Of a DNA stretch of 24,415 nucleotides, positions 18,561 to 24,415 are shown piece by piece (position 1 is the stretch's first letter; every line of letters begins with the position of its first letter). The notes beneath the pieces were generated by a model. That model did no database searches, was not told the origin of the DNA, and saw only the letters and a program-made list of their open reading frames with translations. Location: the IMG/VR virus record IMGVR_UViG_3300025646_000356, positions 1-24,415 of that record. One strand, given 5' to 3'. The position numbers were made by a program, and so were the translations under genes. Origin of the DNA: a virus. Lineage: Duplodnaviria > Caudoviricetes.

Positions 18561-18667
18561 AAATTATAAAAACTACAGAAATTGCAAATATAAGTATTGA
18601 CTGAGTTAAAACAGGTATTGATAATTTGAAAAAATAGTGGTAAAATTGACTAATGAGTTCAAAAAAA

Positions 18668-18676
18668 TGGTATAAT
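18668..18676 (+). promoter_or_regulatory. Extended -10 promoter TGGTATAAT, probably driving a leaderless mRNA
   Basis: TG-G-TATAAT at 18668-18676; the A of ATG 18683 is 7 nt downstream; TTGACT at 18646-18651 (19-nt spacer). Confidence 0.6.
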
Positions 18677-18682
18677 TGGAAG

Positions 18683-18967
18683 ATGTCAAAAATAAACCAA
18701 AGACCTAGTTGGCAGAGCCAAGTTGACATAGATGATTATTCATCTCCAGAAGAAAGCATCGAAAGTACAAGAGATCAAATGTCCTTAGAAGAAGAAAAAA
18801 ATAAATTAGAATCTAATAATTCTCAACAAGATTCCAGTTTAGATGTAAATTTAATTATTGCGTCATTTCAAGAAAAACTTGCTCAATTGACTACCGAGCT
18901 AGTTGTAAAAGATGCTACAATTAAACAGTTAACAAATATAATTAATAACATGAGAGGAAAAAAGTAA
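18683..18967 (+). CDS. Hypothetical coiled-coil protein (94 aa)
   Basis: ORF-track 18653..18967; start moved to ATG 18683 because the upstream part overlaps the promoter. Confidence 0.7.
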   Translation: MSKINQRPSWQSQVDIDDYSSPEESIESTRDQMSLEEEKNKLESNNSQQDSSLDVNLIIASFQEKLAQLTTELVVKDATIKQLTNIINNMRGKK

Positions 18968-18968
18968 A

Positions 18969-19148
18969 ATGTCAGAAGAAAATACACAAGAGCAAAAGTC
19001 AGAGTTTGCAATAGAAATTAAGATTAGCGACAAGAATCTTTCGTATAGAAGTGACTTTCCAGAGTCGGAAACTATCTTTTGGCTTGAAGCTGTAAAGGGT
19101 CTTATTATTAAGAATACCTTCGAAAGAGCTGGCATAGAGCAAAAGTAA
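18969..19148 (+). CDS. Small hypothetical protein (59 aa) MSEENTQEQKSEFAIEIKISDKNLSYRSDF...
   Basis: Manually translated; ATG 1 nt after the previous stop with GAGGA upstream. Confidence 0.75.
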   Translation: MSEENTQEQKSEFAIEIKISDKNLSYRSDFPESETIFWLEAVKGLIIKNTFERAGIEQK

Positions 19149-19159
19149 GTTATAAAAGC

Positions 19160-19178
19160 TAGCCCTAGGGCTACTATT
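19160..19178 (+). promoter_or_regulatory. 14-bp palindrome TAGCCCTAGGGCTA overlapping putative late-promoter motif CTACTATT
   Basis: Perfect dyad at 19160-19173; motif shared with 5107-5123; upstream of the portal SD AGGAG. Confidence 0.5.
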
Positions 19179-19202
19179 TAAATAGCTTTTATAGGAGAAA
19201 AA

Positions 19203-20831
19203 ATGGCCATTTTAGATTATCTGCCATTTCGTTCTACGGATAATGTTTCAGGCAGACGTTTTGTAGCCAAAACAATAGATCCAGAAGACGTTAGGTTGAT
19301 ACCAAAAACAATGAAGGTTGCTGCCCTAGCTTTGGGCTATCAAGGTTCAACTTGGTATTATAATAAAAGATCAACATTTGAGCCTTCGCCCTATGACTTT
19401 GATCGTATCATGCAAGCTGTTGATACAGACTCCTATGTTCGTCAAGCTATAAATAAATACAAAGAACTCTTTTGGAAAGAAGGCTGGCAAGTAACGGGAG
19501 AAAATCCTGAAGCTGTCTCTTATTTGTATCAGAGAATAGATTTTATAGAAATGGCCATGAAGAGACCTTTCATGGATTTTCTTGAAGAAGTTTCAGATCA
19601 GTTATTTAAATTTGGAAACGCCTTTATTGTAAAGGCTAGAGGAGATATATCAGAATATTTTCCCGAAAAACTTACTCCAATAAATTCAACTCAACCAATT
19701 GTTGGATATTATTTGATACCAACCGAACAAGTTAGAATTTTAAGAGATAAGTTTAATAGACCAAAAGCATATCAGCAGTCTACTGATCCACTCACTTATT
19801 CACCAACAGATAGAGATCCAGTTTGGGCCGCAGATAGAGTGATTCATATATCTGTTGATAAAAAGACCGGAAGAGCTTTTGGAACTCCATTTCTAAGCAA
19901 CGTTCTTGATGATGTAGTCGCACTTAGACAGCTAGAAGAAGATATACAAAATCTAGTTCACAGAGAACTATTTCCATTATACAAATATACTATTGGCACT
20001 CCCGAGCAGCCAGCTGAACCTGATGAAATAGACAGAGCATCAGCTGAAATTGAGAATCTAAGATCAGAAGGTGGACTAATACTTCCCCATAGACACACTA
20101 TAGACATAGTTGGTGCAGGAAAAGAGGTTTTAGACGCAGGTCCATACTTAGAGCACTTCAAAGAGAGAGTTTCAGTTGGTCTTGGCTTAGCGCCCCATCA
20201 TCTTGGAATGAGTATGAATGGCGGCAACAGATCTGTGACTGACAGATTAGATGTAGCCTTGTATGATAAGATTAAAAAATATCAAAAACTTTTTTCAGAA
20301 GCTGTTAGACTTCACATCTTTAATGAACTCTTATTTGAAGCAGGATACGATCCAGTTTTAAATCCATCAACCGAAGGCATCTCAGACAGGTGCTTCTTCA
20401 AGTTCAATGAAATAGACGTAGATACTCAAGTTAAAAAAGAAACTCATATTATACAAAAATTTGTTAATAATTTGATAGGAATCTCTGAAGCAAGATTAGA
20501 GCTTAATCTTGATCCAGAATTTGACGACAGTGAGCTGTTTGCGTCAATGCAAAGTAAGCTTCAGATGGATATGATGAACGCTCAAGCTCAAATGAAAACC
20601 ACAGCTGATTCAGACAAGCAAGATTCCTCAACAGGAGGAGCAAGAAACCTGCCGAATAGAAGAAGAGGCGCTGGTAATGCAACCCGTCCAGCAAATCAAA
20701 ATGGAAGAAACACTTCTCCAAATATTAGAAGATCAGATTTAACATGGTTGTCTGTGATTGAAAATGTTTTAGAAAAAGACTATAATGTAGTGTACACTGA
20801 AGAAGAAAAAAAGGAAAAAGATAATAAATGA
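19203..20831 (+). CDS. Portal protein (probable)
   Basis: 542 aa; portal-like segments (QLFKFGNAFIVKAR, VIHISVDKKTGRAFGTPFL, GLAPHHLGM, ISEARLELNLDP), a low-complexity tail, and position upstream of protease and capsid genes. Confidence 0.82.
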   Translation: MAILDYLPFRSTDNVSGRRFVAKTIDPEDVRLIPKTMKVAALALGYQGSTWYYNKRSTFEPSPYDFDRIMQAVDTDSYVRQAINKYKELFWKEGWQVTGENPEAVSYLYQRIDFIEMAMKRPFMDFLEEVSDQLFKFGNAFIVKARGDISEYFPEKLTPINSTQPIVGYYLIPTEQVRILRDKFNRPKAYQQSTDPLTYSPTDRDPVWAADRVIHISVDKKTGRAFGTPFLSNVLDDVVALRQLEEDIQNLVHRELFPLYKYTIGTPEQPAEPDEIDRASAEIENLRSEGGLILPHRHTIDIVGAGKEVLDAGPYLEHFKERVSVGLGLAPHHLGMSMNGGNRSVTDRLDVALYDKIKKYQKLFSEAVRLHIFNELLFEAGYDPVLNPSTEGISDRCFFKFNEIDVDTQVKKETHIIQKFVNNLIGISEARLELNLDPEFDDSELFASMQSKLQMDMMNAQAQMKTTADSDKQDSSTGGARNLPNRRRGAGNATRPANQNGRNTSPNIRRSDLTWLSVIENVLEKDYNVVYTEEEKKEKDNK

Positions 20832-21127
20832 GTCTAGTAATTATGTCCGAACTTTCAAAAACATATCTTCAAGAAGAAGATGCAATTAAAGGTTTTAAAA
20901 CAGCAGTTGAAAACAATCAGCTACGTCTTGCTATGCAGATTCTTTCTGAAATAGTAGATGCCTTTGCAGAAGGTTTTGATATCATTTTTAATTCAAGCGA
21001 GGATGATCAAAGTGAAACTCCAGAAGTAAAAAATGAACCAAAAAAAGTCGAAGAACAAGTTGAAAAGAAAGTCTCAAATAAAAAGTCAGAGCCAAAAGAA
21101 GAGAAGCTTAAAGACTCAGATCAATGA
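20828..21127 (+). CDS. Hypothetical protein (99 aa) with Lys/Glu-rich tail
   Basis: ATGA overlaps with neighbours at both ends. Confidence 0.75.
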   Translation: MSLVIMSELSKTYLQEEDAIKGFKTAVENNQLRLAMQILSEIVDAFAEGFDIIFNSSEDDQSETPEVKNEPKKVEEQVEKKVSNKKSEPKEEKLKDSDQ

Positions 21128-21903
21128 AATTAATCATAGGCTGCCCAATCTATAAAAGAGATTGGATTCTTCCAGATTGGATCAGATGCATACTGAAACA
21201 ATCTGTTCATATGTCTGAAATAGGATTTGTTTTTGAAGTATCTCCAGATGATAATCCTACAGTACAGTCTTTGTTGGCTTGGAAGCGAATTGACAAAAAT
21301 ATTCCACTATTTGAAATAGTTGAAAGAAAAGACATTCCTCATTTTGAGCATCAAAATAATGGTAGGCAGTGGACTCTGTCAAAATACCACAATATGATTA
21401 ATATGAGAAATTCAATATTATCTAAAGTCAGAGATATTAAGCCTGATTTTTACTTTAGTTTAGATTCAGATATTTTGATAGAGAATCCAAACACTCTAGA
21501 ACTTCTAATAGCCCATATTCAAAATGGAGCAGACGCCGTTTCTCCATTGATGTACATGACCCCAATAGGAAAAGATTATCCAAGTGTAATGTCCTGGAAA
21601 GATAAAGCTGGCGAAAAAGCATTTAGAAGAAAAGATTATCCAATAGGAACCTACTTTCAATCGGATATAATAATGGCAGCAAAAATGATGTCAAAAGATG
21701 TTTATATGAATGTAGATTATGAATTTCACCAACAAGGTGAAGACTTAGGCTGGTCTAAAAACGCAGCAACTAAGAACTACAGTCTGTACAGCGCATCGTA
21801 CATATACTCTCCTCATATAATGTCTCCAGTTCACCTAAAAGAGTATAGGCAAAATAAAGACTTAAGAAGTTCTGAACTACTGGACAACCTATCAAAAGTC
21901 TGA
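21124..21903 (+). CDS. Glycosyltransferase, GT-A fold (family 2-like)
   Basis: N-terminal IIGCPIYKR, MRNSIL, DxD motif SLDSDIL, and GEDLGW catalytic-type motif. Confidence 0.8.
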   Translation: MKLIIGCPIYKRDWILPDWIRCILKQSVHMSEIGFVFEVSPDDNPTVQSLLAWKRIDKNIPLFEIVERKDIPHFEHQNNGRQWTLSKYHNMINMRNSILSKVRDIKPDFYFSLDSDILIENPNTLELLIAHIQNGADAVSPLMYMTPIGKDYPSVMSWKDKAGEKAFRRKDYPIGTYFQSDIIMAAKMMSKDVYMNVDYEFHQQGEDLGWSKNAATKNYSLYSASYIYSPHIMSPVHLKEYRQNKDLRSSELLDNLSKV

Positions 21904-21977
21904 TATATTTATATAAAATTGTTTAATGTTATAAAAAGAAATGTACTATATTTTATAGTTCAATCCAGAGGTTTAAA

Positions 21978-23589
21978 ATGAGCTTTGATTTTATAGAGAG
22001 TTTTACGGTAGAGTTTCCTGACTTGACCGAGTCTAAATATAATTTTTCTGAAAACTTCAATGCTAACCATGGTTTAATAATAGAAGTAGCTGCTATCCAC
22101 GAGCGGATTAACAGCAAATTATAATAATTATTCATCAGCAGAGCTAGAAAAGGCTCTCCAGTCATGGGTTGAGCCCTATCCAAAGCCAATCATTATGAAT
22201 CATGATTTAAGCTCTGAGCCCATAGGCAGAGTGATGGCCGCAAAAATGGAAAAAGAAGAAGATGGGGCAGCTTACGTAAGATTGCAAATAGCAATTACTG
22301 ACCCAGTTGCAGCTCAAAAGATAGCAGATAAAAGATACCTTACAGGTTCAGTAGGGGGAAGAGCCGGCAAGGCAGTCTGCTCCATATCCGGAGATGACCT
22401 GGCCAAAGAAGACGCCAATGGAAGGCCAAAGTTCCCAAAGTATAAAAGAGGACAAGTTTATAAGGGAAAATTAGCCTTTATAGACATGCAGGATATATCA
22501 TTTAAAGAGTATTCTTTCGTCAATCAACCAGCAGATCAAAGATCTGGAGTTAGAAACGCAAAGGCTCCAGGAGATAAAGTCGCCTTGGCAGACTCAGATA
22601 ATTGGGTTGCAAGAAGTAGTGCTTTTGTTCTCCACATGGATCAAGAAGATATTATATCATTAGAGGAAAACGAGTCCATTCTTAAGAATATGAAGAAGAA
22701 AGAATCAAGACCAGTTTACCTACATACAAAAGGAGCCTTCTTGGCGGCAATGGCCATTCAAGAAAGCGAAAATAGCAATAGTATAGAGAAATCATTACTA
22801 TTTAATAAAGATTCAAATAAAACAACATCTGAGGAGAATATAAGTATGGAAGACGCTCAGGTAAAGGAAGATATTCTGACTGTAGCAGAAGAGCTAAGTC
22901 AGGATCTCTCTACAATTGCCGCAGCTTCTACGGATACAGTAGAAGAAAAGCCAGCAGAAGAAAATGCTGTTGAAGAAAATGTTGAAGAGAACATTGAACA
23001 ACCTGCCGAAGAACAAAAGCAGGAAGAGATTTCTGATGACAATTCGGAAAAAGCGGAAGAACAAGCTGAAGAAGCTGTTGATTCTGAAAAAGCCGAAGAG
23101 TCACCAGAAGCATCAGAAGAAAAAGCTGATGCAGAAAGTCCTGAAAAAGAGGAGATCAAATCCGATGACCTCACTGCCCAAGAAAACGAAGGCGCTGAGC
23201 AAGGAGATGACGAGAGTCAAAATTTGATCAAGTCTTTGCAGGAAGAAAATGCTCGCTTAAAAGCAGCACTTCACAAGACTCTTGCAGAAAGAGTTGTTGA
23301 TACCAAGATTGCTCTTGGCTTAGAATCAGCAGGCGATAGAGATAAGCTAGTCGAGGATCATGCTACAAGAACAGCATCTTCTTTGGCCGATAGCTTAAGA
23401 GATCTCGCAAAGCTTCCTGAGAAAAAGACAAAAGCTTTTGAAGTTCCAACAATGGAATCAGAATTGGCTGTAGCAGAAGAACAAAACGTTGTTACAGTTG
23501 ATGAAAAGCAAGAAGAAAAGGAAGTCAAAGCTGAAGGAAGCTTTGAGCAGCTTTTCGTAGATGCCCTAATGGGTAGACGTAAACTCTAA
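21978..23589 (+). CDS. Prohead maturation protease with acidic scaffold-like C-terminus (536 aa); requires a +1 shift at CGGA (22104-22107)
   Basis: SD GAGG and ATG 21978: MSFDFIESFTVEFP...IEVAAIHE-(C)GGA-LTANYNNYSSAELEKALQSWVEPYPKPIIMNHD joins ORF 22195..23589. PIIMNHD...PIGRV and YLTGSVGG resemble phage prohead serine proteases; Glu-rich coiled-coil tail. Confidence 0.82.
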
Positions 23590-23612
23590 TAATCTGATAG
23601 GAGATAAAAAAA

Positions 23613-24371
23613 ATGAGTTTAGCAAAATTCCGTAAGGTACATGCCAAAACAGGTGCCGGTCGTTTCGTAGTTTCTGAGGGCATTGCTCCAGCAGCTTACT
23701 TGCTTCCACATCCTGGCTTGCCAACATGGTACCTGGATTCAGAAGATGACCGCTTTGAGATCGTTCTTACAAAGGGAACAATTCTCTCAGTAGTCGCAGA
23801 CAGCAATGGTGATGCAAGAGTTGTTCCAGCAAACGGAACAAGTGGAAGCGTTACCTGGGGTGATACAATGAGCGGTTGGGATCCACTAGATGGAGCCACA
23901 CCAAGCACCACAACAGGCTCAACAGATACAGTTGCAGTAGCAGCTTACTCAAAGCCAATTGGTTGCGCTCAGTATGACCTTTATCGTCCATTTGACAAGG
24001 GAACCTCGCAAGGCGCAGGCTTCATCACCCATGGTTACGTTGAGTATCCAATGGTTGATGGCGTAAACGCCGATGTAGCAGTTGGTTCACTCGTCAGAGC
24101 AGATCACATGGGTCGCCCAGTGGCATTGTCAAATGCCGATGCAGGTGACTACCCATGGTTGCAAGTTGGTAAGGTAATTGAGGTAGAGAAGTTCGCAACG
24201 AACTTTGATGACGGCCTCCTTTCCTACATGCAACTCCCATCAGATCCAGGTGCACTAAAGACAGTATTTGAGCTCACACGCTCAGGTGCCTACAGTGGTA
24301 AGCTCGGTATACGCGCTAACCTGGATGTAAACAATGTCATTGGCGCATTCCGCGTCAACTTGACCCTATAA
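23613..24371 (+). CDS. Capsid-associated structural protein (decoration or minor capsid, 252 aa)
   Basis: SD AGGAG; beta-rich Gly/Val/Thr composition; lies between the scaffold/protease gene and the next strongly initiated gene. Confidence 0.65.
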   Translation: MSLAKFRKVHAKTGAGRFVVSEGIAPAAYLLPHPGLPTWYLDSEDDRFEIVLTKGTILSVVADSNGDARVVPANGTSGSVTWGDTMSGWDPLDGATPSTTTGSTDTVAVAAYSKPIGCAQYDLYRPFDKGTSQGAGFITHGYVEYPMVDGVNADVAVGSLVRADHMGRPVALSNADAGDYPWLQVGKVIEVEKFATNFDDGLLSYMQLPSDPGALKTVFELTRSGAYSGKLGIRANLDVNNVIGAFRVNLTL

Positions 24372-24399
24372 AGAAAGATAACAGGAGGAAAATCCTAAG

Positions 24400-24415
24400 A
24401 TGAGTAAGACAATCC
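24400..24415 (+). CDS. Start of next gene (MSKTI...), probably the major capsid protein
   Basis: SD AGGAGG at 24383-24388 and ATG 24400; product inferred from gene order only. Confidence 0.45.

Noticed and set aside
22899-23227. Overlapping ORFs in the acidic scaffold region
   Set aside because: Frame-shifted or antisense readings of GAA-rich low-complexity sequence.
1409-23589. Interpreting the six split genes as pseudogenes of a decaying prophage
   Set aside because: Each gene has one lesion of identical type, with no in-frame stops or other indels seen, and essential-type genes are hit. Decay would not give one motif six times. A systematic sequencing error remains possible and is listed as the refuting test.
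1-24415. Stop-codon reassignment (genetic code 4 or 15)
   Set aside because: TGA (recA, portal), TAG (terL, gene ending 10808) and TAA all end genes at sensible, coupled boundaries, and coding density is high under code 11.

Overview
The window is a segment of a large tailed dsDNA phage (Caudoviricetes) genome. The left part holds small hypothetical and Zn-ribbon genes and a bacterial-type recA on the minus strand. From about 3.3 kb there is a long plus-strand run: a single-ring Clp/Hsp100 AAA+ ATPase, small basic proteins, a 1080-aa protein with a DEDDh exonuclease-like domain, Gly/Ala-rich membrane-type proteins, terminase large subunit, tail-type proteins (one with a Peptidase_S74 chaperone domain), portal, a glycosyltransferase, prohead protease/scaffold, a capsid-associated protein and probably the start of the major capsid gene. 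The main discovery is that six genes are each split by a +1 frame change. In all six, the short window where both frames are open contains an in-frame CGG codon followed by A. Reading CGGA as one unit (C + GGA, probably Gly) restores full-length genes with natural starts. My manual scan found only one other in-frame CGG in about 7,700 codons (CGG-G, no shift), and all six sites lie within the first 80 codons. This suggests codon-programmed +1 frameshifting or quadruplet (CGGA) decoding, although a systematic sequencing artefact must be excluded. A second clear find is a type II hammerhead ribozyme (minus strand, 110-176) with a pseudoknot and a one-nucleotide core insertion. All calls come from reading motifs by eye; no database searches were run.
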